From positions 2,976,001-3,040,000 of the forward strand of contig OZ245033.1 in the NCBI GenBank assembly GCA_965224025.1: DNA of 64,000 nt, given 5' to 3'. The notes under the pieces are model-generated. The model ran no database searches and was not told the DNA's origin. It saw only the letters and a list, made by a program, of their open reading frames with translations. This document shows, one piece after another, positions 1 to 10,363 of this stretch; positions within the stretch are counted from its first letter, which is position 1; every line of letters starts with the position of its first letter. The translations under genes and the position numbers were made by a program. This DNA is from Candidatus Multivorans sp. GTDB taxonomy: Bacteria > Acidobacteriota > Thermoanaerobaculia > Multivoradales > Multivoraceae.

Positions 1-95
1 TCAACCCTTGATGCGAAGATGCAGTGTCGTTATGCCGGCCTGCAGCGCAGAGTCCCGGAGGCAGCGGGACTTCGCGCGGTTCAGCCATCCTGAAA

Positions 96-1529
96 TCAGG
101 TTTCGTGCTGCGACCGCAGTTCGATCTGCTTGTAGCCGCCGGTTCGCCGGAAGTGGAGGATCAGGAAGAGGAACCCGAGCGCCATGAACGCCGGGACGAG
201 TGCGGTGGCCTTCAGAGCGCTCTGGCCGCCGTGGAAGGACGCGTCGCGCACGGCCTGTTCGTCGGGGGGCAGGGTGATACTGAAGTCCTTGGCCTTCTCC
301 ATGACCGGACCGGCCTTGGAGCCGTCGAGGCCCTGGACGGGGGCGAAGAACAGGAAGCTGTTCGTGCCATCAGCCTTGTACTCTTCGTAGACGGCGGGGG
401 CGTTCGCCTGCAGGTTGTTCGAGGCGTGCCGGTCCTGGAGGTAGCCGATGCCCGGGCCGCCGAGGAGGCCCGCGGAGAGCATGCCGACGCCGCCGACGGC
501 GCCGAGCGTCAGGGCGCCGCCCTTGGGGAAGCGCTCGGAGACGACGGCCAGCATCGTGGGCCAGAAGAAGGCCTTGCCGGCGCCGTAGATCGTGGCGGCG
601 ATCATCACGGTGACCGCGCCGGCCAGAGAGCCAAGCGAGTAGAGGCCGATGGCGGCGACGCAGGCGCTCACGAAGAGCAGGCCCAGCGGGTTGATCCGGT
701 GGACGATCGGCCCGGCGAAGAAGCGCAGCACGAACATCAGGATGGAGGTGTAGAGCAGGATGAAGAGCCCCTTGCCGCCGAGCACCGTGTCCATGATGTT
801 GACGATCCAACTGTCCGTTCCGAGCTCGACGTAGCCGATGCAGACGTGGAGCACGAGCAGGAAGAGCAGCATGGGCGCCGCGAACTCCTTGACCATGTCG
901 AGGAACTTGACGCCGGCGGCCGCCGCCTCGGACTTGGGGAACTTCTCCTTGGCCATCATCAGGACGTAGACGAGGGTCGGAACGAGATAGAGCGCGAGGA
1001 CGATCTCCCAGCGCACGCGGCCGATCAGGCCGATGCCCAGGAGAGAGCCGGCGATCAGGCCGGCGGGCCAGCCGGCGTGCAGGATGTTCAGGTAGTGGGT
1101 CTTCTCCTTGGGGTACAGGGTCGCGACCAGCGGGTTGATCACCGCTTCGCAGATGCCGTTCGCGACCGCGAAGATGAAGACGCCCCAGAACAGGCAGAAG
1201 TAGGCCCCGGCGCGGGCGAGTTCCGGGTCGGTGTCGATCGCTCCGTTGTAGACGAAGGTGGCCGCAAGGGCCACGATGACGGACAGCACGTGCAGAACGC
1301 CCGCGCCCATCAGGAACGGCTTGTAGCCGTAGCGGTCGAGGAAGGCGCTGGCCAGGAGAATGACGAGTCCGAAGCCGACGAAACCGCCGCCAGTGATCTG
1401 CCCGAGTTCCGTCTGCGTGAAGCCGAACTCCGTGCCCCACTCCAGGAGGAGGCCGCCCCGGACCGCCGTCCCAAGTCCGGCAACCAGGATGGTGAGGAAG
1501 CTCGCGATCAGTAGCTTGGTTTTGTTCAT
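96..1529 (-). CDS. MFS transporter (sugar/fucose permease-like)
   Basis: About 12 hydrophobic segments; MFS loop-like DRYGYK; start moved to MNKTKLL (ATG 1529) behind a GGAGG RBS. Confidence 0.85.
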   Translation of the reverse strand: MNKTKLLIASFLTILVAGLGTAVRGGLLLEWGTEFGFTQTELGQITGGGFVGFGLVILLASAFLDRYGYKPFLMGAGVLHVLSVIVALAATFVYNGAIDTDPELARAGAYFCLFWGVFIFAVANGICEAVINPLVATLYPKEKTHYLNILHAGWPAGLIAGSLLGIGLIGRVRWEIVLALYLVPTLVYVLMMAKEKFPKSEAAAAGVKFLDMVKEFAAPMLLFLLVLHVCIGYVELGTDSWIVNIMDTVLGGKGLFILLYTSILMFVLRFFAGPIVHRINPLGLLFVSACVAAIGLYSLGSLAGAVTVMIAATIYGAGKAFFWPTMLAVVSERFPKGGALTLGAVGGVGMLSAGLLGGPGIGYLQDRHASNNLQANAPAVYEEYKADGTNSFLFFAPVQGLDGSKAGPVMEKAKDFSITLPPDEQAVRDASFHGGQSALKATALVPAFMALGFLFLILHFRRTGGYKQIELRSQHET

Positions 1530-1563
1530 TGGCCCTCCTGAAGCCGGTCCGTTGGTTTGGGTC

Positions 1564-2676
1564 TTACGTTCCGAGCGTGAAGCGGGGTAGCCGGACGATC
1601 TCTCCGCCCTTCGTGGCGGATTCGTGGGCGCAGATGCCGACGCAGGTCCAGTTGGCGCTTGTTGTCGCGTTCGGCCAGGGATCGCGGTCGTCACGAAGCG
1701 CGCTCAGGAACTCGTGGACGAGGTGCGGGTGCGAGCCGCCGTGGCCGCCGCCCTGGATGAAGGAGAGATGCTCCGCGTCGTGGATCTCCTGCGGCAGGGT
1801 GAAGTGGCGGAGCTCCTCTGGCAGCAGGTGCGCGTAGTCCGGCACCTCGATCTTCTCGGGGATCTCGTGCTCGGGCTTCTTCGCCGTGTGCAGGACGTGT
1901 GGCTCGTCCTCGATCAGCGTCCACTCGAAGCTCTTCTTCGTGCCGTAGACGTCGAAGCTCTCGCGGTACTGCCGGGCGACGTCGTAGAGGAAGCGCCAGA
2001 TGTGCGCGGTGAGCTCGCGGTCCTTGACCTTGATGTGGCAGGTCTCGACGGCGAAGCGGTTGCCCGACTTCTCTGCGATGTCAGAGCGGACCGAGCCGGA
2101 ACCGAAGCAGCTCACGTACTCGGCCAATCCCTCGACGAGGCCCAGGCACGGGCTGACGACGTGGGTCGCGTAGTGCATCGGGATCATCCGCTCCCAGTAG
2201 GACGGCCAGCCGTCCATGTCCTGCGGATGCGAGGCGGCGAGATGCTGGATGTCGCCCAGCTCGCCCTTCTCGTACAGCTCCTTGATGAACAGGAACTCCC
2301 GGCTGTAGACGACCGTCTCGGCCATCATGTACCTGAGGCCCGTCTCCTCGACCTTCTCGACGATCTTGCGGCAGTCGTCGACGGTGGTCGCCATCGGCAC
2401 GGTGCACATGACGTGCTTGCCGGCGTCGAGCGCGGCGAGCGACATCCAGGCGTGGTCGGGGATCGGCGTGTTGATGTGGACGTAGTCGACGGCCGGGTCG
2501 GCGAGCACGTCGTCGTAGTCCGTGTAGCGCCGCTCGATGCCGAACTGGTCGCCGACCTTGTTCAGTTCCGATTCGTCGCGGCGGCAGATCGCGTGGACGT
2601 TGGCGCCGGGGTACGCCTGGTAGATGGGGATGAACTCGGCGCCGAAGCCGAGTCCGATCATCGCGACGTTCGTCAT
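1564..2676 (-). CDS. Gfo/Idh/MocA family NAD(P)-dependent oxidoreductase
   Basis: Rossmann IGLGFG; AGKHVMCTVP at the usual GKHVxxEKP site; GGHGGSH C-terminal motif. Confidence 0.88.
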   Translation of the reverse strand: MTNVAMIGLGFGAEFIPIYQAYPGANVHAICRRDESELNKVGDQFGIERRYTDYDDVLADPAVDYVHINTPIPDHAWMSLAALDAGKHVMCTVPMATTVDDCRKIVEKVEETGLRYMMAETVVYSREFLFIKELYEKGELGDIQHLAASHPQDMDGWPSYWERMIPMHYATHVVSPCLGLVEGLAEYVSCFGSGSVRSDIAEKSGNRFAVETCHIKVKDRELTAHIWRFLYDVARQYRESFDVYGTKKSFEWTLIEDEPHVLHTAKKPEHEIPEKIEVPDYAHLLPEELRHFTLPQEIHDAEHLSFIQGGGHGGSHPHLVHEFLSALRDDRDPWPNATTSANWTCVGICAHESATKGGEIVRLPRFTLGT

Positions 2677-2699
2677 GTCCACTTCCTGGGGAACCTGGC

Positions 2700-5600
2700 T
2701 CAGGGCTGCCTCAGGGGCCCCTGAGGGTTCGTCTCTTCCTGAGCGGTCATCAGGTACGCGACGAGGTTCGTCACCTCATCGTCGGTGTACCCATCGAGCA
2801 GTCCCTCCGGCATCATCGAGAGCGGGAAGTAATCGTGCGACTGGATGTCCGAATGCGGGATGACGACCTCGTCCTGGCCGACGACCCGGAGCGTCATGGC
2901 GCGGGCGTCCTTGGTGGCCACGGTGCCCGAGTAGGTGCGGCCGTCCCGGGTGGTCACCATCAGGGTCTGGTAGGCGTCCTGCATGTCGCCGCTCGGGTCG
3001 ATGATGTTCGTCAGCAGGTAGTCCAGCTCCGTGCGGTTGGAACCGGTGAGGTCGGGACCGATGAGGCCGCCCTCGCCGAATATCTGGTGGCAGACGCCGC
3101 AGATCTCGCTGAACATCTGTTCGCCGTGCGCCGTGTCGGCGGCCGCGACCGACTCGTCGTTCAGGATCGTCGTGTACTTCGCGATGGCGGCGGTCTTCTC
3201 GCTGGAGACCCGGGTGATCGGCCCCCAGACCTCGAGGAAGCCGCTGCCGACGACCCGGTGGAGCTGGCGGGCGACGTAGGCCGGCACGTCGCGCCGGGGG
3301 ATGGCCTCGCCCTTGAGCGCGCCCATCAGCACCCGGCCGTAGATGGGGCGGGACGACAGCGTCTGCACCGTGGCGAGCTTTTCGTCCGCGTTGAAGGAGT
3401 CGTAGTGGCCCAGCAGCAGGAACCCGGCCTCCCAGCGGCCGTCGAACGCGGCGTAGGCGCGAATCGCGGCGAGCCGCAACTCGGGTACTTCCAGCAGGGC
3501 CGGGAGCCGCTCGAAGAGCTCGGAGTGCTGCTGGTCGGCGAGGCCCCGGATGGCCCGCCGCCGGTCTTCGGCCGGCGCGCCCTCGTCGTCGAGCGTGGCG
3601 AGGAATCGGCGCGAGACCTCGACGCCGCCGAACTGCTGGTCGACTTCCTCGGCGAGGTCGGCGAGTGCCCGATTCCGCTGCAACTTCCGGTAGGTGGAAG
3701 CCCAGTTCTCCGGCCGGTCGATCTCGAACTGGCCTTCCAGCCCGTCCCGCATGCCCCGCAGAAGGGCCGGCCGGGCCTCGGACCGGTCGTCAAGGGAGGT
3801 GACGAGGAACTCGAGCTGGTTCGCGGCGATGGCGCGGCGCGCGATGTTCTCGGAGAGCATCGGGATCCGGGAGGTTCTGGCGAGCCGGAGCGCGCGCTGC
3901 GGGTCTTCCGGGACCAGGGGTTCGAGGCCGAACCAGATCATCTTGGGGATGTTGTGGTCGTCCGCGTCGTCGCCCTTCATCGCCAGGTGCTCGGCGATCG
4001 GCCAGCGCACGTCGTGCTCGACGCGCTGGAGAGCGGCCGCCAGGTACAGGCGCACGATGGGGGAAGCGTCGCGCTCCGCCAGCTCGACGAACTTCTCGGT
4101 GGCCGCGACAGATGCGTCGTGGTCCTCGGTCAGGAGCTGGATCGCCCAGGCGCGGACGTGCTGATCTTGGTCGTCGAGGGCGGCGGTCAACTGGTCGGAC
4201 GTGAAGCCGCCGGTGACGTGGAGGGCCCACATGGCCCGCAGACGCAGGTCGCCGTCCGGGTTCGACGCGAAGCTCTCGTCCAGCGCGTCGTGAACCGAGG
4301 CGTCGACCTCGCCCTTGGCCGCCCGGCCCTGCAGGACGACTCGCGCCCGGCGCGCGTGCCAGGAACTCTTCGAGAGTTGCAGTTCGACCAGCTTCTCGTT
4401 CGACATCGCCTTGATGTCGTCGAAACGCCCCTCCCAGTTGTCCGCGCGTGACTGCTCGGGAGTGATGCGGAAGATGCGCCCGGTCTCCTTGTGCTGGACG
4501 TCGTTGCCGCAGATGTCCGCGTCGTGCCAGTCGAGGACGTAGACGTCGCCGCCAGGCCCGATCTCCATGCTGAAGCCGATCCACTGCTTGTTGTTGGCGA
4601 GCAGGAAGTCCTCGCCGTGGCGGGCGACGAAGCCGGACCCCTGGGGCTCGAGTTCGTCGGAAAGCACCGCGTGCTCGTGGATGTTCGCCATGAACAGCCG
4701 GCCGTATTGCTCCTCTGGGAAGGCGTCCGACAGGTAGACGCGGGCGCCGCCGTGCGCGGAGCGGTGCCGGTGGTCGACGATCGTGCGGATGTCGCCGTAG
4801 ACGTACGGGTTGAAGTGGCTGCCTCCCTGGCGGTGGTAGATGCCGCCGGGGACGACGTGGAACAGGTGGGGAATCACGCAGGCGGTGATGAAGATCTGGC
4901 CCTTCGCGTCGTAGTCGATGCCCCAGGGGTTGCTGAAGCCGTGGGCGACAACCTCGAACCGGTCCTTCGTCGGGTGGTAGCGCCAGACGCCGCCGTTGAT
5001 GTCAACCCCGTCGGCTTCGAAGAGGTCGGCCGGGAAGGGATCGTTGTGGCCGTAGATCGTCTCCTCGGGACCCGGCTTGCGGATCCTGGAGGGCGTCGCG
5101 AACCCTTCCAGGCCATAGAGCCAGCCATCGGGCCCCCAGTGGAAGCTGTTGATCGTCTCGTGGCGGTCCCGGATGCCCCAGCCGGTCAGCAGGATCTCGG
5201 CGTCGTCCATGTCGGCCACGTCGTCGCCGTCGCGGTCGGGAAGGTAGAGCAGGTGGGGCGGCGCGCCGACGAAGACGCCGTCGAAGCCGACCGCGAGCGC
5301 CGCCGGGAACGGGATGCCCTCCGCGAAGACCTTCTTACTATCGGCCTCGCCGTCCCGATCGGTGTCCTCCAGGATAAGAATGCGGCTGTCGCCCGAGCCG
5401 GAGAAGCCTCTGCCGCGGGTTTCGTAGTCGCGGTTCTCGGCGATCCACATGCGGCCGCGGTCGTCCCAGGCGAAGGCCATCGGCTGTGTGATCATCGGCT
5501 CCGAGGCCCAGGCGTTGACCTGGAAGCCGTCGCGCGCCGTCATCGCATCGACCGCCTCTTCCGGGGTCAGGAACTTCTCCTGCTTCGCCTCCTGCTGGGC

Positions 5601-6653
5601 AATGCCCCAGAGCGACGCCGTGGAGTAGGCGTCTTCGGCCGCGCCCGTGTACTCGTGCCAGTCCTCCGTGAGTTCGAGATCGTTGAGTTCGCCCGTGTAG
5701 ACGATGAGCCGGTGGCGGATGACCTCGGTCGCACCCTCGGGGATGTGCCAGTCGCCCATCCGCGCCCGCGTCGGGCCGACGCCGAGCTGGCCGTCAACGC
5801 GCCAGGTCTGGGGGTAGCCGGCGTTCATCGGGTGGTCGAAGATGGCGACGTGGAGGAAGTCGTCGCGGCCTTCGACCTGCATGCCGACGTCGACCCACAT
5901 CGCGCGCTGACCTTCGGCCTGCCTGTTGCGCTGGCGGGCCGCGTTGACCGCCTCGCCGGGGATGTCCTTGTGCCAAGGCATGCGCAGGAACATTCCGCCG
6001 TAGGACATCTCGTTGATCGAGGCGTCGGTGTGCGCTTCGCCGGCCCATTCGAGATCGAGGATGAAGCGGTCCTCCTCGGCCCTCATCGTCCAGTTCTGGG
6101 TCTCCGTCATGAAGGCGTTGCCGTCGGCGTCGAGCATCCCGTAGACCGTCTGCCACTGCACCTCGGACCCGGACTCGGTGACCACGGTGGCCGAATCGCG
6201 GCGCCAGTAGTCGCCGCCCGGGTTGTGAAAGTAGTCGCGGCCGACCGCCCTGGCGATGTCCTCGGACTTGTCACGACGGTAGAACCACTGCCTGAGAGTG
6301 TCCTCGTCCATCGGCTCGCCGTTGACCCGGGTGAAGCCCCAGTAGAGCCCCGTCTGGTGGGGGTGGTGCCCCGGGCTGTACTGCGTCGCCAGCCCCTTGC
6401 CGTCGGGTGCTGTGATCGGATGCAGGAACGGCCGGTGCTCGGCGGCGGCGTTCTGGGTGACGATGGGTTCGTCTTCGCCCGCGCGGTAGATGGCGATCGA
6501 GCCGGTCTCCTCGTTCTGGACCGCGCGGAGCGGTACCGCGCTCTCGGACTCCTGGGCTTCCGCTCCGTCGGCGCCGGTGCTCTGAGTACAGCTTGCGCTG
6601 AGCGCCGCGAGGACTAGTGCCAATACGAATGCCGACTTGGCCGGAAAGCTCAT
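2700..6653 (-). CDS. Secreted/lipoprotein fusion: PmoA-like (DUF6807) domain + PVC-type beta-propeller dehydrogenase + HEAT repeats + cytochrome c
   Basis: Signal ending LSASC; RPFLHPI, HPHQTGLYWGF and YGGMFLRM (DUF6807-like); WDDRGRMW, GFSNPWG, DWHD propeller motifs; CGVCH with GPDLTG and SMMPEG; RBS GGAGG before ATG 6653. Confidence 0.85.
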   Translation of the reverse strand: MSFPAKSAFVLALVLAALSASCTQSTGADGAEAQESESAVPLRAVQNEETGSIAIYRAGEDEPIVTQNAAAEHRPFLHPITAPDGKGLATQYSPGHHPHQTGLYWGFTRVNGEPMDEDTLRQWFYRRDKSEDIARAVGRDYFHNPGGDYWRRDSATVVTESGSEVQWQTVYGMLDADGNAFMTETQNWTMRAEEDRFILDLEWAGEAHTDASINEMSYGGMFLRMPWHKDIPGEAVNAARQRNRQAEGQRAMWVDVGMQVEGRDDFLHVAIFDHPMNAGYPQTWRVDGQLGVGPTRARMGDWHIPEGATEVIRHRLIVYTGELNDLELTEDWHEYTGAAEDAYSTASLWGIAQQEAKQEKFLTPEEAVDAMTARDGFQVNAWASEPMITQPMAFAWDDRGRMWIAENRDYETRGRGFSGSGDSRILILEDTDRDGEADSKKVFAEGIPFPAALAVGFDGVFVGAPPHLLYLPDRDGDDVADMDDAEILLTGWGIRDRHETINSFHWGPDGWLYGLEGFATPSRIRKPGPEETIYGHNDPFPADLFEADGVDINGGVWRYHPTKDRFEVVAHGFSNPWGIDYDAKGQIFITACVIPHLFHVVPGGIYHRQGGSHFNPYVYGDIRTIVDHRHRSAHGGARVYLSDAFPEEQYGRLFMANIHEHAVLSDELEPQGSGFVARHGEDFLLANNKQWIGFSMEIGPGGDVYVLDWHDADICGNDVQHKETGRIFRITPEQSRADNWEGRFDDIKAMSNEKLVELQLSKSSWHARRARVVLQGRAAKGEVDASVHDALDESFASNPDGDLRLRAMWALHVTGGFTSDQLTAALDDQDQHVRAWAIQLLTEDHDASVAATEKFVELAERDASPIVRLYLAAALQRVEHDVRWPIAEHLAMKGDDADDHNIPKMIWFGLEPLVPEDPQRALRLARTSRIPMLSENIARRAIAANQLEFLVTSLDDRSEARPALLRGMRDGLEGQFEIDRPENWASTYRKLQRNRALADLAEEVDQQFGGVEVSRRFLATLDDEGAPAEDRRRAIRGLADQQHSELFERLPALLEVPELRLAAIRAYAAFDGRWEAGFLLLGHYDSFNADEKLATVQTLSSRPIYGRVLMGALKGEAIPRRDVPAYVARQLHRVVGSGFLEVWGPITRVSSEKTAAIAKYTTILNDESVAAADTAHGEQMFSEICGVCHQIFGEGGLIGPDLTGSNRTELDYLLTNIIDPSGDMQDAYQTLMVTTRDGRTYSGTVATKDARAMTLRVVGQDEVVIPHSDIQSHDYFPLSMMPEGLLDGYTDDEVTNLVAYLMTAQEETNPQGPLRQP

Positions 6654-6793
6654 GCCGGACTTCCTCCCTGGAACGCGAAGGCCTGTGGTTGAGACAGGCG
6701 GGCATCCTATCGTCCCGACAAATCGCAAGATTGGTCAGGTCTTCGCGCGGCTTCGGTCAGGCGCGGACGGTCTCCGCGCTACAGACTTCCGGC

Positions 6794-8552
6794 ATGGGGA
6801 AGGCTCTCGAGCTGGCCACCCGACTGCTTCGGCACGAGCGGTTGCCGGTGGCAGCGGGGCTGCTGGCCGCGTTGCTGCTGCTTCCGGCACTGTGGGGTGG
6901 CTTTCAGCTCGACGACCACCTCCAGCGCCACCACCTGTTGGGGGCTCGGCGACGATCCCTTGCAGCTCTTCGTCTTCTACGACGGCGACACGGACAGCAA
7001 TCGAGCCGAGATGGAGGCGGGCACGCTGCCGTGGTGGGCGAGCCCGGATCTGCGGCACGCCAACTTCCGCTACCTCAGCGTGCTGTCGATGCAACTCGAC
7101 TATCTGTTGTGGCCCGACTCTCCGGTGCTGATGCATCTGCACAGCCTGGTGTGGTTGGGGCTCTGCGTAGGTGTCGCGGGTGTGCTGTACCGCCGCCTGT
7201 TCGGTCGGGAGGCTCGTGGGGCCCCGTGGGCGGCCGGATTGGCGGCGCTTCTCTACGCGGTGGACGACGCCCACTCCTTGCCGGCGGCGTATCTCGCGAA
7301 TCGCAACGCTCTTCTGGCGACGTTCTTCGGTCTCCTGAGTCTCCACTGTCACGTGAAGTGGCGCGACGACGGGTGGCGTGCCGGCGGCGTGCTGGCGCCG
7401 GCGTGTCTCGCCCTCGCGCTGCTTTCCGCCGAGCTGGGTGTTTCGACGTTTACGCTGCTCGGGGCGTGGGCGCTGGTCCTCGACCGCGGCGCTTGGCGGG
7501 CACGACTCCTGTCACTGGCGCCGCATGCTGGCGTGGCGGTCGGCTGGTTTCTGGCCTATCGACTGGGTGGCTTCGGCGCGCAGGGGTCCGGCGTGTACGT
7601 TGATCCTCTCGGCGACCCCGGCGGCTTCATTGCCCTGCTTGTCGATCGATCGGCGGCCCTGATCCTGGGCCAGTGGACTCCTTACCCCGCGGACTGGGCG
7701 TTTGTCCTCGATCTCGGGACGAGTGAAGCTTGGGGCCTGCGTGTCGCGGCTCTGGTCCTGGTGGTCGTCCTTGCCTGGCTCTTCGTTCAAGTCCCGCGCC
7801 GGAACTCCCTCGCCCGGTTCTTCCTCCTGGGGACCGCCCTGTCGCTGGTTCCGATCAGCGCGGTCGGTCCGCAGAACCGACTCCTGTTCTTTGTCGGGTT
7901 CTGTTCGATGGGGCTCATCGGATGTCTTGCGGCGGGTCGTCTCGGTACAGCACGACGAGTGGCGCTCGCCGCGCTCCTCGTGATGCACCTCGTTGTGGCA
8001 CCCGCGGTGGCCTACGTGTTCCTGGACACTCAGGATCGGGCGGCGCGGCGGATGGAGGTCGCGTCGGAGAGCGTGCCCGATGACGCCCAACTGGAACGCC
8101 GCGACGTGATCCTGGTGAACCCGACGGACTCCGTCTATCTGACGACCTCGATCTTCACGATGCGCTGGGCTGACGGACGCACCGTGCCGCGCCGGGTCCG
8201 GGTGCTGTCGCACGGGTCGACGGATGTTCGGGTGGCGCGAGTTGACGAGGCCGTCCTCCTCGTCGAGCCGGACGAGGGCCTGTTTCCCGACCCCTTCAGC
8301 CGCTACCACCGATCGAAGGAGCGTCCATTCCAGATCGGCGATGTGGTCGATCTGGGCGACCTTCGAGTTGAGGTCCTCGGAGTGGACCAGGAAGGCGGAG
8401 GACCGTTGTCGATCCGCTACGAATTCAGCGAGCGCTTGGAGGCCGGGCGCTATCTGTGGATGGTCTGGAACGGCAACCGCTACGAAGAGTGGACCCCGCC
8501 GGCTGCTGGCGAGGAGGTGGTACTGCACTCGCGACCGGGTTCCTTCGAATGA
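6794..8552 (+). pseudogene. Polytopic membrane protein (GT-C-like), frameshifted near the 5' end
   Basis: MGKALEL...FQLDDHLQRHHLLG continues as LGDDPLQLF in another frame across a G5 run at 6940-6944; many TM helices; DD after the first TM; the indel may be a sequencing error. Confidence 0.6.
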
Positions 8553-8558
8553 CGCCGG

Positions 8559-9348
8559 ATGAGAGCCTCCACGGACAGCCGACATCGTCTCTATGTGCAA
8601 GCGGCGATCGACTACATCGCCGACCACAGCAACGAGCCGGTTCGACTCGAGGATCTGGCCCGCTACATCGGCCTGTCGCCCACCTACCTGCAGAGGATCT
8701 TCCGCGCGCAGGTCGGGGAGTCGCCCGCGGAGTACGGGCGGCGTGGCACCTGAGTCGAGCGGGAGCGACCGTCACGGACGTGGCCCTGGACTCCGGCTAC
8801 AAAGCGCCGGAAGCGTTCACCCGGGCCTTTCGTTCGCGGTTCGGCGTTCGCCGAGCGAGTATCGGCGAGGGGTTCGAGCCCGGCGTCGGGAGCGAACGGA
8901 GCCCTTCGAAATCGTGCGACGTCCGCCGTCCCGGGCTGCCTGCGTTCGCTTCGTCGGGCCCTACGACGAAGCGAACGATGCCTACGACCATCTCCGGCAC
9001 TGGGCGGAGCCCCTGGGTTTGCTCGAAGGCCGGAACACGCTCGGTATCTACTGGGACGATCAGACGATCACGGATTCCGAAAAGACGCGGTCGGACGCCG
9101 CGATCGAAGTGCCGGACGATCTGGAGCGGGTGGTCGGTCCGGGCATCCAGGAGCGCCATCTTCCGGGCGGCGCCTACGCCCTGGTGCGGCATTGCGGCCC
9201 GGCCTCGGTGCGTGAGACCTACGAGGCCTGGTTTCGCGACTGGTCTCCCCGCTACGGCTGGAAGCCGGACGCGCGGCCGATGATCGTGGAGTTCAGCCGC
9301 GGTGGTGATTGGTCCGAAGCGTCGTTGTATGTGGCCGTGACCCGATAG
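8559..9348 (+). pseudogene. AraC family regulator with GyrI-like effector domain, two frame breaks
   Basis: HTH1 LEDLARYIGLSPTYLQRIF, HTH2 VTDVALDSGYKAPEAFTRAFR and GyrI-like FVGPY/LPGGAYA lie in three frames; breaks near 8740 and 8848. Confidence 0.8.
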
Positions 9349-9396
9349 GCGCTGTTCGGCCGTGGGAGTTCGCGCCCGGGATGTACCATTGGGCCC

Positions 9397-9630
9397 ATGA
9401 CGCAACGCCGACTAGCCAGCCGAGGTTCCGCCTACACTGCCGTCGTAGAACGCTGTCCCGACACCGGTTCCTACGTTGGCTACGTACCGGGTCTGTCCGG
9501 CGCCCACAGCCAGGCCGAGACACTTGAGGAGCTCAACGCGAATCTCCGTGAGGTCATCGGTCTGATCCTCGAGGACGGACCGCCTCCCATTACGGGAGAG
9601 TTTGTCGGCACGCAGGTCGTCGTCGCGTAA
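9397..9630 (+). CDS. hicB: HicB-family antitoxin
   Basis: YTAVVE...YVGYVPGLSGAHSQAETLEELNANLREVI is the HicB signature; TACCAT -10-like box 7 nt before ATG. Confidence 0.85.
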   Translation: MTQRRLASRGSAYTAVVERCPDTGSYVGYVPGLSGAHSQAETLEELNANLREVIGLILEDGPPPITGEFVGTQVVVA

Positions 9631-9637
9631 GGGGCGC

Positions 9638-9715
9638 GTGGCACCGATTCCCGTCCTGAAGGCGCGCGGGACCGTCCCCGTCCTACGAGTCGCCTTCACA
9701 GAGGAGCCGCAATGA
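9638..9715 (+). pseudogene. hicA: Truncated HicA toxin remnant
   Basis: GTG-started MAPIPVLKAR resembles a HicA N-terminus, then diverges and stops after 25 codons, overlapping the next ATG. Confidence 0.5.
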
Positions 9716-10311
9716 CCGATGTCGCCATAGCCGATCCGGAACTCCACACGGGCGATGAGGCGGTCCTTCGCCAGGCCACGTTCAGCCCGAAGGTACGCAC
9801 CTACTGGTTGCTGACGGGGGCGTTGATCCTGACGGTTTCCATCGTCGGGATCCCGTTCCTCATCTTCTGGTTCCCCATCGGATACGTGCTCACGGGCCGC
9901 TACATGGAGCGCCTCCGCTGTGTGCTGACCGAGAAGAACCTCCACGTCGCCCGCGGTGTGCTGGTCCGGCAGGAGAAGACGGTTCCCCTGGACAAGATCA
10001 CGGACCTGGCGATGTCCCACGGGCCGATCATGAGGTCCCTCGGCCTGCGCGGGCTGTCAGTCGAGACGGCCGGCCAGTCCGGCCCTGGCAGCCTGATCAA
10101 GCTGGTCGGCATCGAGGGAACCGAGGAGTTCCGGGCCGCGGTACTGGCCCAACGCGAGCGCGTCGGAGCATCGGGTGGGGCATTGTCCGCTCCGTCACCT
10201 GCGGCCGCGGCTGCGGGTGAAGCGGCGGTGGAGTCCGGCAAGCTGCTGACGGAGATCAGGGACGCGCTGTTGCGGATCGAACGGCGGCTGGACGGCAACT
10301 CCGGAGGATAG
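9712..10311 (+). CDS. Bacterial PH domain (bPH_2) membrane protein
   Basis: N-terminal TM hairpin followed by RGVL..EKTVPLDKITD..GPIMR.LGL..LSVETAG. Confidence 0.8.
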   Translation: MTDVAIADPELHTGDEAVLRQATFSPKVRTYWLLTGALILTVSIVGIPFLIFWFPIGYVLTGRYMERLRCVLTEKNLHVARGVLVRQEKTVPLDKITDLAMSHGPIMRSLGLRGLSVETAGQSGPGSLIKLVGIEGTEEFRAAVLAQRERVGASGGALSAPSPAAAAAGEAAVESGKLLTEIRDALLRIERRLDGNSGG

Positions 10312-10363
10312 GGTGCCGCGGCCGGCGCGAGGCCGGTGCAGAAGCCACGACCCGGAGCCGACC

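Noticed and set aside
5600-6500. PmoA label read as particulate methane monooxygenase
   Set aside because: The domain is soluble, not the multi-TM PmoA subunit; no pmoB or pmoC present
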